DNA of 64,000 bases, from contig CM052816.1 of NCBI GenBank assembly GCA_028534125.1, positions 34,288,001 through 34,352,000 on the forward strand, read 5' to 3'. The position numbers and the translations under genes were made by a program. The notes beneath the pieces were generated by a model. That model had not been told where the DNA came from and searched no databases. It was given only the letters and a program-made list of their open reading frames with translations. This stretch comes from Lama glama (Eukaryota). This document shows, in pieces, positions 38,316-51,716 of this stretch (within the stretch, counting starts at the first letter, position 1; each line of letters opens with the position of its first letter).

Positions 38316-40507
38316 ATTGGTTTGTCACTTGTTTGCAAAGATGCATTTTTATACACCATGTTTCTAGATTGGGAAACTGAGAAATAACAAAGAAAATTGA
38401 ATTATCATCCTGATCCCTATGAGGCAGGTCAGAATCCAAGACTCCCTGGAAATCTGAACTATTTGTGGGCTTCTGTCTTACGGAGGTAACCAACAATGGG
38501 AACGCATCCCAGTTTTGCATTTGAAAGTGGAGGCACTAGAGGATTTGAAGCCAATGATCAGATAGCTCTGAATTTTTGGTGAGAAGTCAAACAAACACAG
38601 GTGTTACATAATATGAATCATCTTAATGACCAAACTATAGTACACTGCTTGCCAGATACCCCAATTACATGTCTGAATATAGATTTTTAAATGTACCAAT
38701 ATTTAAATGATCAATCAAAAATTTGATAAATATGGAAACCACAATCACTGGAATACCATGATAAGTGGCATAGAAAATTATTGGGGTTAAATGATATCTA
38801 TATGAAAAACCAAGCTGGTTACAAAACGGGATTTATCTTATGTTTTCATTTGTTGTAAAGAAAAATATCATATGATAGAAACAGTAAAAAAAAAATAAAA
38901 GAAATTGATAAAAAATAAAGTACCAATAGATTTCCCATTACAGAGAAGCTTAAAATTAACCTAATTTAAATGGAACCAACTGTGAGACTTTGCTGATGTT
39001 TCCAGATCCAAGACAGAGCTTGCAACAACCCAATAGTTTACAGAACAATAACCAAAGATCATAACCTCTAAAGAACAGGGCTGGTAAGAAAGAAAATACC
39101 CCTTTTTCAGCATGAGTTTAAGTAACATGAACTATAAAAAATTAACGTTGGTCTTTAGACACATGTAATAAAGAAGTCCTCCAATCTCTAGTAGAACAAT
39201 GGATTGAACTAGAATAGGAAGAACTATACTCATCTTCAGTTTTGGGACTGGAGTCCCCATGAGGCCTGGGAATCTGAATGTTAAGGAACACTAAAATGTT
39301 CATCTGCCTGAAATCTGCTAGACCCAAGAAAGCACCAAGAAATGAGAGTTCTCCTTGGGTGGATGGATTTTTCTGAAGGTAGGTGGTGGGCTTGATGGCC
39401 TGATAGAGCTACAAAGAAGCTAATTAAGGTAGTCACAAGACCCTGTGGACTATACCAAGACAAGCATTATCCAAACTACCTGAGGCTGCATAGTTCAAAT
39501 ATGTTGAGAAGAGAGGAGTCTTACGTTATAGCTACAAAGCCAAGGAGCACAAAGTGCCCTATTACAGGGACTCGAAAGAAGAAACTTTGGTCAGTGATGG
39601 AGAAAGAGGGAAGAGGAATGAAGAATTAGGTTGCATGAGATTTTTTTTTTGGAGGAGAAGACAAGATAAGACTTGCTTGGACTACTGAGCCCGAAGAAAT
39701 TCTCTGCCTCTGGGACACAGCCTCCTCCTCCACCTTCTGATATGCATCAGGCCTTTTTGTGTGTGTGTGTTGAATTCAGCAATGTCTGCCCCAAAGTATG
39801 CAACACAACTGAGTACTGGTCTATTGTTTCTAGATAATGTTCTGTTCATCACCTTCATTGTATAGAGGAAAACTCTGAGGCCCAGGGAGTCAGTCGAAGA
39901 CCCAGAAACAGATCCAAGCTCCCTTACATGCAGGATGATGCCCTCCGACTTGTTCAGGTTGGCTGCCCTGCCTTGTACCTTTGTTTAAAGAACAGAGGCA
40001 CTATCACTGGAAACTGAATTGATGCTTTCATGTGAAGGGAAGTCTACAGATGTTAGGTTTCTTACAGATAATAAAGATTGCCTCCAGAGTAATTAAAGGC
40101 TTAAGAATAAAAGTAAATTGAATGTGAAGAAAATATAGAAAATATAACCAAGTCTAGGCAAAAAGGCTGAGGCAATAAATTCCTTTTCTCTCTCAGATTA
40201 ACATATTCATTTGGCAACATAAGCATGCTTAATGAAGACCTAGAGGCCATCTCATGTAACATGAAATATTAATGATGGTCATATGTATCACCAAAGGCTG
40301 AAAACTGAGAGGATCACAAAAAATAGAATATGGAGAAGTAATTAACATCAATAACTTGTTCTATTTCCAGATGGTCAAACAAAAGGGCTCTTTTTACAAG
40401 TCAAACTATAAACCAAGTAAATTTGCCAGTAAAACACATCACTAAAGACTGAGACTAGAGACTATATCCATTGCAAAATTTCAGATAATTCAGAAACAAG
40501 TTCTTAC

Positions 40508-40560
40508 CTGGAAACACAGAGAACTGCAAGGACACATCCTGACTTCCCAGGCTCAGCAAC
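40508..40560 (-). other. Candidate 53-nt exon of an unidentified transcript
   Basis: Minus strand ttttgatccctttatatccatag|GTTGCT...TTCCAG|gtaaga; splice signals only. Confidence 0.25.
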
Positions 40561-41179
40561 CTATGGATATAAAGGGATCAAAATTAAAGACTTTACAGAA
40601 CCTTCCAATTATTTGCTCTGTACTCCCCCACACAAGACAGGTTTCAAAGGGTTCCAGAATCTCAGTTATTTCTGCCTCAGGCTGTCTTGTGGGAGTGCGC
40701 ATGGTTTTTCTTCCCAGGAGGTCTCTCTTTTGGAGCCAGCCCCAAAAAAACTACCTGAGAGCAGTGCCTGGCTGTTTACACTGCACATGATGGCACAGAG
40801 GGAGTTCTCAAGTTCATCCTCAGTTAGTGCCCACACCCACAGCAGAAAACACTGCAAGGGCAGGAGAATTCCCTTCTCTCTCCACCTTGTGTGACTATGA
40901 CAACCAGGACACAAAACAATGTATCTCACACATCTGAGTTTCCCTCGTGAAAAGCAGTCCTTCACCCTCTGCCTGTAAACCTTTTCTCCTCTAAGTTCAG
41001 AAATAAGTAACTCAAACAAGCACAATGCTATAGTCCCCATCTTCATCCCTCCTGCAGATGCCCATGGAAACCTTCTTTGAACAGGTGCATCACCCTCACA
41101 CACGTACTCAGATAACAGAGTGGGCTGTGCATCCCCTACCAGTGCATTCCTGCGTCCTGAATTCCAGCAGGGCTCAGAG

Positions 41180-42075
41180 TTCATTCATTCTTTCAGTTAG
41201 CAAATACTTATGGAGAGTCTACCCTATGCCGCATAGTAGAAGTGCAGTTATGAACAAAAGCAGACCTGGTTCCTACACTCAGGGAGCTTACAGTCTAGTT
41301 GAAGAAGCAAAACATTATTCAAAGAATGATACAAATTGGTATAAATATACAACTACAGTAAGAGTAATAAATGGTGCTCTGAAAGAACACATATGGAGGA
41401 AAACCATCTACTGATAGAGAGCAAAGAAGGTTCCTGAGGAAGTAAAGCAGAGTGAACTGGGGAGGAGAGTGCGAGGAGCCCTCCAGCCCTAGGGAAGAAC
41501 GATGGAGGAAAGGGTAAGGCAGTTAAGGAAGCTGGGCTCCAAATAGTACCTTCCCCATACACACTGATTCAGTTAACATTATTGACCATAAAGCACTCTT
41601 ATAAGCACTGGGTAGCACTTGTATAATTATTGAAAAAGAAAAAAAAGATAAAACTTTTGATCCCAAAGAGCTTAAGGTCCAGTAGGGAAGAAAGGAAAAT
41701 TAGCTTCTATGAGAGCATGATAAGTACCAGAAAGTTATGCATAAGGGACACTAATTGAGCCCTCACACTAAAGGATCAGGCAAGGCTTCTCAGTGAGAGG
41801 TCAGCGGGAAAGACAGAAAGGATGGGATTTCCAGGAAGAGCAAACAGACTTGGCAAAGGCACAGAGGCATGAAGCAGCAGAACCTACTCAGGGATCCACA
41901 GGAAGTTGAGTCTTGTTTATGAGAAGGGTGAGAGCAGGCAGTGGCCAGCAATGTGACAGGAGGTAAGGCAGGACAGGCAGAGAAACCAGAGACCCAAAAG
42001 GAGAGGCCTTGTGTGTAAAGCTAAGGCACTGAAACAATGACCACAAGGAACACGGAGATAATGGAGGATTAAAAA
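41180..42075 (-). mobile_element. Two adjacent L2 3' fragments (~41180-41540, ~41565-42075)
   Basis: ttcattcattc...caaatacttatggagagtctaccctatgcc...cagggagcttacagtctagt; the second has ccaggaagagcaaacagacttggcaaaggcacagaggcatga. Confidence 0.7.
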
Positions 42076-42559
42076 AAGAGACAATGGACGATTTCCTCTT
42101 TTATTTCGTTTTGCTTTTTTCTCCACTACCTCCAACAGTGAACTGTACTAAGATTTCAAAAGAAAACCAAAAACCCATAGTGACTGATCCAGACTCCACT
42201 TTTGTCATTTTCACAGGTTTATTTCTCTGCTGGATGTTAGCACGTAACATCCCCAGGTGCTTTTCAATGAATGCTACATTTCCTCCAGTTTAGTAAATCA
42301 GATTTTTTTCCTGATATATATTTGCTTTCATTATACTGCTTTTTGTTTTGGTGGGCAGTAAGCCCAGTAAGCCATTCTGGCACTGAAGTAAAATGAGTAT
42401 TTTTAGCAACTAGGTAGCCATATATGTGATAAAGATAGACAAGGGCAGCTAGGAAGCAGGTTCTTAAAGTATCATGATGTATTTGTTAAACACCAAAAAT
42501 GAAATAAATATTAAAAGACAGCCTTACTCTTAAAACACACTGAACATCTTAGAATACGA

Positions 42560-44830
42560 ATCATTTTTCTTTAAATTTTTACTACGTCTGACATACACAA
42601 AAGAATTTATTAACACATATTTATGTTGTAAAGCGTAATAATATACATAACGCTCTCGGTCCTACCATCCAATGCACACATTCTGAATAAATTGCACCTA
42701 GTTATGTACTTCTCTCACTTTACCCTCTCCTCGATAAACCAGAGATAAAGCACTATACTGAATTTTGTGTTTATCTTTACTTTGCTTTTTAAAAATAGCT
42801 TTATTAAATGTTTATGTCTAAAAATGTTGTTTCATGTGTGTGTTTGAGTATTATCTTAATGGTGTCATACTGTTGAGGGCTTTTTAGACTTCTTTTATTC
42901 AACACAAGATTCCTAAGATTCATTTGTGACTGAGTATAGCTGTGGATCATTTACTTCCACTGCCGTGTCAACATTCCATTGTGTTAAATATAGCACAATA
43001 TATATATTCACAATATGTATGTATATATTGTACACATATATATATAGTCATTCTCTTAATAATGGATTTTTTAAATTCCAGTTCTCAGTTACTACAAGCT
43101 GTTTGCTAGGAGCATGTCTCCTGGGCACATGTACAAAAATTCCTCTGGGGTATATTATATATTAGGTATGGCTTACTCAGTTATAGGGTGTTTCCATGTT
43201 CAGATTTCTAAGACAATCACAACTTGTTTTCCAAATTGATTTTCTAATTTACCTTTTCAAGACCATTATATAAGAATTCCCATTGATCCAAATTCTCTCC
43301 ATTACTTTGTGAACCAAAGCAATGACAGTGGGAGTGAAAAGGCAAAAAAAAACAGATTTAGGTTGTATTCAGGAGATAAAACATATAAAGATGTTGTACA
43401 TAAGAAGGTGAAGTCGGGACTCAAAATTTGCTTATTAATATGCACCAATATAGTAAGTATAATGCTTCAGTTTGATTATAATTTTTTATTTCTCTGATTG
43501 TGAAGAAATTAAGCACCTGTCTATGGTTATTGGCCATACATTTACATGTCATTGCCCATTTTTCTATTTTGCTTCCATGTGTATATTTTTCTTATAAGTT
43601 GATAAAAGTTATTTTTTACATTCTGTGTATTAAACTTTTGTTGGTTACATGTGTGATACACATGCTACTTTGTTGTCTTTTCATTTCCTTGATGGTATTT
43701 TTTGGTAAACAGAAGTTATTAGTTTCATATATTAAAATTAATCAATCATTTCTTTTATGGTTAGCATTTTTGTACTTTAACAAAATCTTCCCTACCCCAA
43801 AACTAGAAAAAATATTCTTCTATATTTTCTCCCTAAAGTTTTTCTTTTCACAAAAGTCCTTATCTCTTTAAGTTGACTCTTGTGTATTGCATGAGGCAGG
43901 AACTCAATTTCAGTTTGGGGGATGGATATCCAGTTGTCCCAGCACTATTTATCGACCAGTTCTTCTTTTCTCCATTGATCTTCAATGTTCCCCAAGCTAG
44001 ATGTTTTCTGTGGCCTGTGGCACCCATTGATTTCCCCTTCTTGCTCTCCCCTATATCACAAGAGCTAGAAACCTAGGGATTAAATTTTCCCAACTTCTTT
44101 GCCAGCAAGGTTTGAGATGTAGCTTAGCTGCTGTCAGAAAAAGACACTTAGCAAATTTGGAAAACAGTAGGGAGACAGAAACAATTCATTCTCAGCAACG
44201 ATGGCAGGGGAAATACAGACCTGGGTAGATAGGAAGCTTTTTAGGAGTCAGAGAGACTCAGAATTCCTGTGCTAGTCACCTGTCTAGGGGTTGCAATCTG
44301 GAGATGCTATGACCTTAGTAGGAGTGTCCCTAAGTTTGCTGACCTCTGGGTAGCAGCCAAACATTTCTGACTCTCTGGGTGGTTGTAGCAATGAATTATA
44401 AAGTTAATGCACCCTGGTGTCACAAACTTTGTACTTCCAGTGCTTCAATAATTTATACAACTCTGTTTTTCCTGTTTTAAATTCCTCCTACTTAAAATAC
44501 TGAGTAGTTTGTTTTCCGTATTTTGCCCTAAGAGTTAACCCTCTGTTCAAAGTTCCATTTACAGTGGGTCTTCCTGGGTTTTCTACTATGGATCACTGGG
44601 TTATTTTTCTACTTGTGAGACAACAACACACTGCCTTTATGATGGCTTCCAAATAAATATGGTATCCGTAAAGAATTTCCATCCTATCTTCACAAATGTC
44701 TTGGTTGTTCTTAGCTCTTTGCTATTCTTTATGTTAGAATCACCTTTTCAAATCTATTTTTTAAAAAAGTCATGATTTTTATTGGACTTGCATCAAATCT
44801 ATAGATAAGTTTTGATAAAATAAACATGGA
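42560..44830 (-). mobile_element. Old L1ME-like element (3' UTR + ORF2 end) with nested insertions
   Basis: Antisense L1 text (ttcctaagattcattt...; atggatatccagttgtcccagcactatttat; tggacttgcatcaaatctatagataagtttt). Confidence 0.7.
44000..44535 (+). mobile_element. ERVL LTR (LTR33-like) nested in the L1
   Basis: ttttcccaacttctttgccagcaagg near the start; ttaaattcctcctacttaaaatactgagtagtttgttttcc near the end. Confidence 0.5.
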
Positions 44831-46700
44831 TCCACATTTTAGAAACATCATTCTAGTAATAGTAAGTCTATTAGGTTTGGCAGGGTCAAACTGAAGAAAG
44901 AAAAGGCTAGTTAGAAAGCTATGTAAGCAATTAGGTGAAATAAAGCAATGACAATGAGAATGAAGAGATTTATGCTACATTCAGGAGAAAAAACTTGCAA
45001 AGATGTAGTGGCTAAGAAGGAAAATTCAGGAATGACAGGTTTTCTTCTGGGCCTCTGGGCACTATTTTTTAAGTACAGAAGCAGCTTGCTCAGGAACAAG
45101 GACAATGAGACAAGTTGGGGCATACTGAGTTCTTGTGGTAAGAGATATTCAAGTGAATGTGAGACTGAAACTCTGCAGAGAGGAATGAGCTTTATATTTA
45201 GAGTTATGAGTCATCCATACTAGTGGTTGTGGAAGTCAGTGTGGAAAAACATACCCATATTTAGGAAGAAAACTTTGGGAACCCTGTCATTTTTAGAGGG
45301 ATCAGAAGAAAAGAAGCCAGTGAGGGAGACTGAGAGGGGTGTCCAGAGATGTAATAGGAAAACCAAAAAGAAAGTTGTTATTTATGAAAGTCAAAAGAAG
45401 AGAGGTTTAAGAAAGAGGAAGTTGTTAACACTATGAAATAATTAAAGAAGAAATATATCCACTGGATTTAATAACCTGAAGTTAATTGGTGGAAATGATT
45501 TCACTGCTGTTTTGGGGACAAAAGACAAATTGTTGTTAGAGAAGCAGTAAATAGCCAATGAGGAAGGGAAATGGGGAATGTAAAAGGCTCTTCAAGAAGT
45601 GTGGCTGCAAGCACTATACACAATAGCCAAGATATGGAAGCAACCTAAATGTCCATTGACAGATGAGTGGATGAAGAAGCTGTGGTATATTTATACAATG
45701 GAATACTATTCAGCCATAAAAAGGAATGAAATAATGTCATTTGCAGCAACAAGGATGGATCTAGAGATCGTCATTCTAAGTGAAGTAAGCCAGAAAAAGA
45801 AAGAAAAACACCATATGGTATCACTTATATGTGGAATCTAAAAAAAAAGGACACTATGAACTCATCTAAAAGACAGAAACGGACCCACAGACATAGTAAA
45901 CAATCTATGGTTACCAGGGAAAGGAGGTGGGAAGGGATAAATTTGGGAGTTTGAGATTTGCAAATGTTAGCCACTGTATATAAAAAATAGATTTTTTCAA
46001 AAGTTTCTTTTGTATAGCACAGGGAACTATGTTCAGTATCTTATAATAATGTTTAATGAAAAATATGAAAACACATATATGTATGAATATGCATGACTGG
46101 GACATTGTAAATGCCTGTACTTCAATTTGAAGAAAAAAAAAAGAAGTTTGGCTGCAAAGGAAAAGAGATATACAATAGTAGCTAGAGAGTCAGAGGATTT
46201 TTTTTTAAAAGAACACGTTTGTATTTGAAGGGAGTAAACAGAATATAAAGTAAGCTAGGTGGCTGATAGCCTAAGGTCTCTTTCAAGTCAGAAGACAAAC
46301 TCCAATGCAGGTAGTTGGGTAAATGAATTAGACTTTGGCGGTGGGAAATAGGAAAGACTATGAAAGCACGGGTCCTGGTGGAAAGACATTTTATAGGAGA
46401 TTTTGGGTTGTGGGGTGAGTTATTTCTTGTTTTTCTGAATGGATAAGAAGGCATACGTTCTGAGGATGAGAGAAGATAGGGTAGAGGAAGGAATTTGAAG
46501 AGAGTAATGAAAGTCTGGAACAGTTGTGCAGACAAAAGGGAGGAACAGTTGACGAGCTTCATGGAGAATGACTTCAGGTAGCTCTGAGACTCCAGCCAAG
46601 GTCGAATGGTTTGTGCAAACTGCTGGATGATTTTCCTCAGTAGAGCACAGTAATTTGAGAACAGCCTGCTTCGTTTTATCACAAACCTTGTGTACAGGAT
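44830..46700 (-). mobile_element. L2 (long fragment, interrupted by the L1 at 45611-46140)
   Basis: ggctagttagaaagctat...; gaaaagaagccagtgagggagactgagagg; atccactggattta...; ttcaagaagtgtggctg. Confidence 0.7.
45611..46140 (+). mobile_element. 5'-truncated L1 (ORF2 C-terminus + 3' UTR + poly(A))
   Basis: Encodes ALYTIAKIWKQPKCPLTDEWMKKLWYIYTMEYYSAIKRNE (ORF2 end). TSD aagaagtgtggctgcaa (45594-45610) / aagaagtttggctgcaa (46141-46157), 16/17 identical. Confidence 0.95.
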
Positions 46701-46989
46701 TCTCCATGTTAGAGTGAAATTTAATATATATCATGTGATCTGACTTGAATTTAATTGCAAATTGGTATAAGCTAAGTGGTACCTAAGACTGCCACAATTC
46801 AGCCCACAGGAAGAAACAAGAGAGACTGAACAATAGTATGGAGCAGGCTGAAAAAAACAGAAGAATATGTGTGTAGGAAGATGTTCTTTTCCTTTGGCTC
46901 CTTTGGGCTACACCAAAAGGCATTGATATGTGGCCAGGAGCAACAGTTACTCTTTAAATAAGGTTGACAAGTTAGACAACACTATTACT

Positions 46990-47880
46990 AATGTCAATTG
47001 AAAAACATGTGGGACAAACCACCATCCAAAGATGGATTCATACGGGGTGGTAATTAACCAACTCCAGCTAACAGATCAGATATCCAGCTCTTTAAGAAAC
47101 TTAATAAAACTGTAGGACTTATTGATTTTGCTCTTCCTCTAGGCAGAAATATGCCAAGAATATACACAGAGAAAATAAATAATCTCGAGCTTCTGTAAGA
47201 GAGCTGAAGTAAAATGTGGAGTTACAGACTCAAAGTGAACCCAGGGATAGGATGCTTCAGCATGCAGCTAATATGATAAAGATTCATCACCAGGTGCTTG
47301 TCTTAACAAAGATAAAACACCTATCATATGACCTGGAGATTTTTTTCTTCTAAAATGTACCCAGGAGAATGGAGACAGAAAAGCAAGTTATTACTTGATG
47401 TACTGATAAACCATCTGTGAAGTAGAGATCCATCAGATGTCCCATGAGAGGCAATTCTAGAAAGTTCCAGGGGAATGGTTTGCTACTTTGTTAATCTCTG
47501 AGACTCCAATAGCACAGCTGTTACCAGAAAATGTGAGGGGTTGGTACAGAAAATTCCAGAGATGAGCTGTGAAGCACTTGGGCTTATCCTGTTGCCCTGG
47601 ATGTGAGGTCAGTGGGTGTCTGCTGCAGTGGCCCATGGGACAGTACTGTCTGAGCTGGTCACCAGTTAACCACACAGCAAAGTTAAAGTGATTTCCCAGC
47701 TAAAACGGACAGTGAAATGGCTAGAAGAGTGATTCTCTCTATTCATTTTATTGGGGGCACACATGAATTATCATCTACAGAAGAAATTATGGAGAAAAAA
47801 GATACAAAAAAATGTTGAGAGGAGTCAGACCAGTTGAGATGCTGATGGTCAGAGAAATGTGACTCAGGAGAGAAACAGAG
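46990..47880 (+). mobile_element. Possible CR1/L3 LINE RT fragment
   Basis: Weak resemblance to CR1 RT-end text (gctaatatgataaagattca...; gagtgattctctctattcattttattgggggcacacatgaattat). Confidence 0.35.
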
Positions 47881-48074
47881 AAAAAAATCCCTTTGTCTAT
47901 CCCTATTTGATCCTCTTTCCTCTTTTCTTCCACTTTTTTGTTACCAGCAAATTCCCAGTTCCTGTATGTGCCACTGGCCAGGAGGGAGCCATATTGGAAT
48001 AACATTTCCAGAGCTTGTTGGCAACTTTCATCTGCTCCTCCCAGAAGAAGAGGGGGTGATTTATCTACCTAGTA

Positions 48075-50130
48075 GATATTCTACTCTTAGCAAGCTAGGA
48101 ATAGAAGGGAATATCTTTAATCTGATTACAGATGATGAGAAACTTCTATAATAAATGTCATATTTAATAGGAGGTTTCTAGAGTGACTTACTAAAAACTT
48201 TATTTCTGACTAACATCAAGAACAAAACAAGAATGTCAGTTATTCGTGACTTTTTATCATTTCCTGGAGGTGATAGGCAGGGCAATAGGAAATAAAAATA
48301 AAATATGTAAGTCTTGTAAAGTTTCTTACTCTTTTTTGGCTGCTACAACAGAGTACCATAGATTGGGTGCCTTAGAAACAACAAAAATTAATTTCTCTGG
48401 AGGCTCAAAGTCCAAGATCAAGGCACAGGCAAACTGATGTCTGGTGAGGGCCCACATCCCGGTCCTCTCATGTCAGGACAGGGAGGAGAGCTCTCTGGGG
48501 TATCTTTTATAGGGGCACTAATCCCATCCCTGAAAGCCTACCCTCGTGACCCAATCACCCCCAAAGGCTCCTCTTCCTAATACCATCACATAAGGGGTTA
48601 AGTTTCAATGTATGAATTTGGAGGGGAAGACACAAATATTCAGTCTATGGCAGAAAGGAAGAAAATTGTTCTCATTCACAGATGATATAATTATGTGTAC
48701 TGTAAACTTCGTAAACTACAGTAAACAAATGAATAAAGAAGTTTAATATTTCTCAATATAAAGTCAATATTAAGAATCAGTAAATTTTATATAGATAGTA
48801 CAGCATATAATTAGGATTTTTAAAAAATCAGACCTTATACAACAGCATAAAAATCTACACATGCTGAGAAATAAAAGAAAAATGTGTAAAACCTCAATAT
48901 AGAAAAGTAAAAAATAGTGACAGATATTTAAGAACACTTAAATATACAGAAGGATATTTCATATTTATGGATTAGAATATTCATTATTATAAAACTTCAT
49001 TTCTTCCCAAACTGATTCGATACAATCCCAATTAAAATTCCAGCTTTATTTGTGGAAATGGTAAGAAACAAGAATGGGAAAGACTGTCCTGAAGAAGAAC
49101 AACAAAATAAGAAGACTTATAGTACCAGTTATTAAGACATCATGAATTTTCAGTAATTAAGGAAGTATTGTTTGGGTGCATGGACAGACAATTAGACACC
49201 AGTGAATCAGAATGAAAATCCTAGAATTAGAATCACACTTACATGATCTCCTGACACTTGACAAAAGCACTACCATGACACAGTAGGGAAAAGAGTCTTT
49301 TCAAGAATCAGCACCAGATCAAATGCACATGGGGGAAAAAAATGCAACTTCACCCCATGACACATCATACAGAAAAATCGATTCCAGATAGACTGTAGAC
49401 CTACATGTGAAAGATAAAACAAGAATTCTTGAAGAGTATATAAAGAATATGTTCATGATCCTGGGGCAAGCAAAGATTTACTAAAAAAAAGACACAAGGA
49501 AATTACTAGCTATAATAAAAGATACTGAAAAATTTGGTTGGTTTGAAACTCATGTGGCAGTAACTAGTAAAGCTGGATATATGCATACTATATCCTATGG
49601 GCCAGAAATTCCTCTCCTAGGGGTACACCCAAGAGAAATGTGCACATATGCACACCAAAAATATGCATGAAATGTTCTTAAAAACATTATTCATAATAGA
49701 CATAAGCTAGAAATAACCAAAATGTTCATGGACTAGAGAATAAATAAATAAGTGTGGTATATTTCTACAATGGCATATTATAAAATAATAAATAAAATTA
49801 CTACTACATGCTGTGACTTGGGAGAATCTCACAGACATAATGTTGAGGAAAAAAGCCAGACACAAAAGAGTATGTATTATGTGATCTCATTTTTATAAAA
49901 CTCAAAAACATGTTAAACTGATTTATTTGTATAGAAGACAGAATAGTGGTCAATTTACAGGTGGTATAACCACGAAGAGCCGACATGAGGAAGACTGTGA
50001 AGGAGCTTGCAGTACTTTAGTTCTTGATTACGAGTATGTCCATTTTGTAAAAACTCATCAAGCTATATACACTTAAGATTTATACTTCATTAAATGTGGT
50101 TTATATATGAGTAAAAATATGCAAAATAAA
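48075..50130 (+). mobile_element. Old L1 (L1ME/MD-like) ORF2 3' part and 3' UTR
   Basis: ctcttagcaagctaggaatagaaggg...; tcattcacagatgatataatt; gaaattcctctcctaggggtacacccaagagaaatg; aagccagacacaaaagagtatgtattatgtgat. Confidence 0.85.
48322..48652 (-). mobile_element. MaLR solo LTR (MLT1A-like) nested in the L1
   Basis: ggctgctacaacagagtaccatagattgggtg...tccaagatcaaggc...tatgaatttggagggg...attcagtctatggca. Confidence 0.85.
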
Positions 50131-50458
50131 AATTATAAATATAAGTTAGATTCCTACCTTTCTCCCTAAGACTTCAAGTGCCTTCTCACAATGAAGCAAA
50201 TTGCTTTTATAGAATTAGGAAGATTTGAAAACCCCATTTGCATTGTTGATCAGTGTAGTGGGTGTAATGGAAACTGAAACGTCTGTCCCAATACTTGAAA
50301 TCTCATCTACCAACTTCACAACCTTGAGAAACTTTTTATTTTGTTAACCTCAGTTTCTTCATCTACAAAACAATGGTACTGCTACTCCAACTTCAATGTC
50401 CTCCCTCAACCAGTGTGAAAAACATTTTTCTTTTCACATCTTACCCTAAATTCTTGTG

Positions 50459-50482
50459 TTTTTTGTTTGTTTGTTTGTTTTT
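50459..50482. repeat. (TTTG)n microsatellite
   Basis: ttttttgtttgtttgtttgttttt. Confidence 0.8.
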
Positions 50483-51479
50483 AATATTTTCCTGTTTCTC
50501 CAAGCAGACTTAATCCTTCCTGGCTTCGCCCACTATCTACACTTCGTACATACTTACTTTACAGTATTAGGTTTTGTTAGTTTCCACATGAAGGGACCAT
50601 CTAGAAGTTTCTAGAAGACAAGGATAGTGCTTTTTCATATTTTGTATCCCAATGTCTGACACATCAGTTCAATTAATATATGAATAAGTGAAAGAATTAA
50701 TGAATGAATGTCTGCTTTACCTTCTAATCAAGTGACTGTAACCTGTGAATTGATATGCACTAAAGGAAAATGCTATACAGATGCGAATTATTGTATCCCA
50801 ACGCACAGGAGTAAGTCACAGAATTGGGTCCAGTTTGTCTTATTTACTCATAAAGGAATATAGAACATGTTACTTGATTTTTGAAGAGCTATTTTAACTG
50901 AAGGGTTTAAAAAATATTCACAGATCCTTCACTGAAACTTATGAACTCTGCAAAGACAGACACCTGACTGAACAAAAGAGGAATCCAGACAGAAGTGACA
51001 ATAAAACACTTGTCATGGAGACAGAAGCAATGTTTAAGACAAGCAGCCCTCAAGTTTGAAATGCAGTCTCACTGTCTGCTCCAAAACCCAGCGGAAGGGT
51101 AAATAATGTCAAAGAAAACCAGCATGTCCTACCAACTACAAATGGGGCGATTAGACTATCTGTTGAACACACATTTATGAACAGCACTGCTGACAAGCCT
51201 CTTTAGAAAAATTTATCTGTTTCTTCCATAGAGAAATGTATAATGAAACTGTCCTCTCTTTGTGTAGATCGTGGCCTACCTTTTTGTTTTTGGTTTGTGG
51301 TATACAGGCTAATTTACACTTTTAATTTTAGTAAAATACAAGAACTCTAGGCAAACTACATCACGTCAATATTGCTATCAATGCCAACAGTAGCAATAAC
51401 ATCGTATTTTCCCTCAGGACCATTTAACATCACTTTTCAGAACCTTGCACAACAGAAAATATATGAGGAAAATGCTTAA

Positions 51480-51716
51480 TTGACTCTACGGATTGGATCC
51501 GGGCTGTAGAACACTTCGCCTCAAAGTCAGGAGTTCAAATCCAGCCTGGAGTAAAGAAGATAAAAACATTTCCAGGTGTTGTGTGCTTAAATCGAGTTTA
51601 AGCCTTGATGCAGCTCCCTGAGGCAAGGGATCAGCAGTATATTTTAGCATCTTGTTCACAGCCCTGAAGCAAGAACAAGGTCTGGAGACCCAGGAGACTG
51701 AACCAGCTCTTTATCC
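51480..51716 (+). mobile_element. Probable LF-SINE (ancient tRNA-derived SINE)
   Basis: Head ggattggatccgggctgtagaacacttcgcctcaaagtcaggagttcaaatccagcc (B box 51531-51542) and block gcatcttgttcacagcc...caaggtctggagacccaggagactgaaccagctct are both collinear with the recalled LF-SINE consensus. Confidence 0.72.

Noticed and set aside
39006..39083. + strand exon-like segment (tttccag|...CTG|gtaaga)
   Set aside because: Stops in all three frames and no partner exons; could only be non-coding and is unsupported
40666..41184. 172-aa minus-strand ORF
   Set aside because: No recognisable domain or supporting gene structure
46182..46682. 166-aa minus-strand ORF
   Set aside because: Lies in a degenerate L2; repeat-derived, not a host gene
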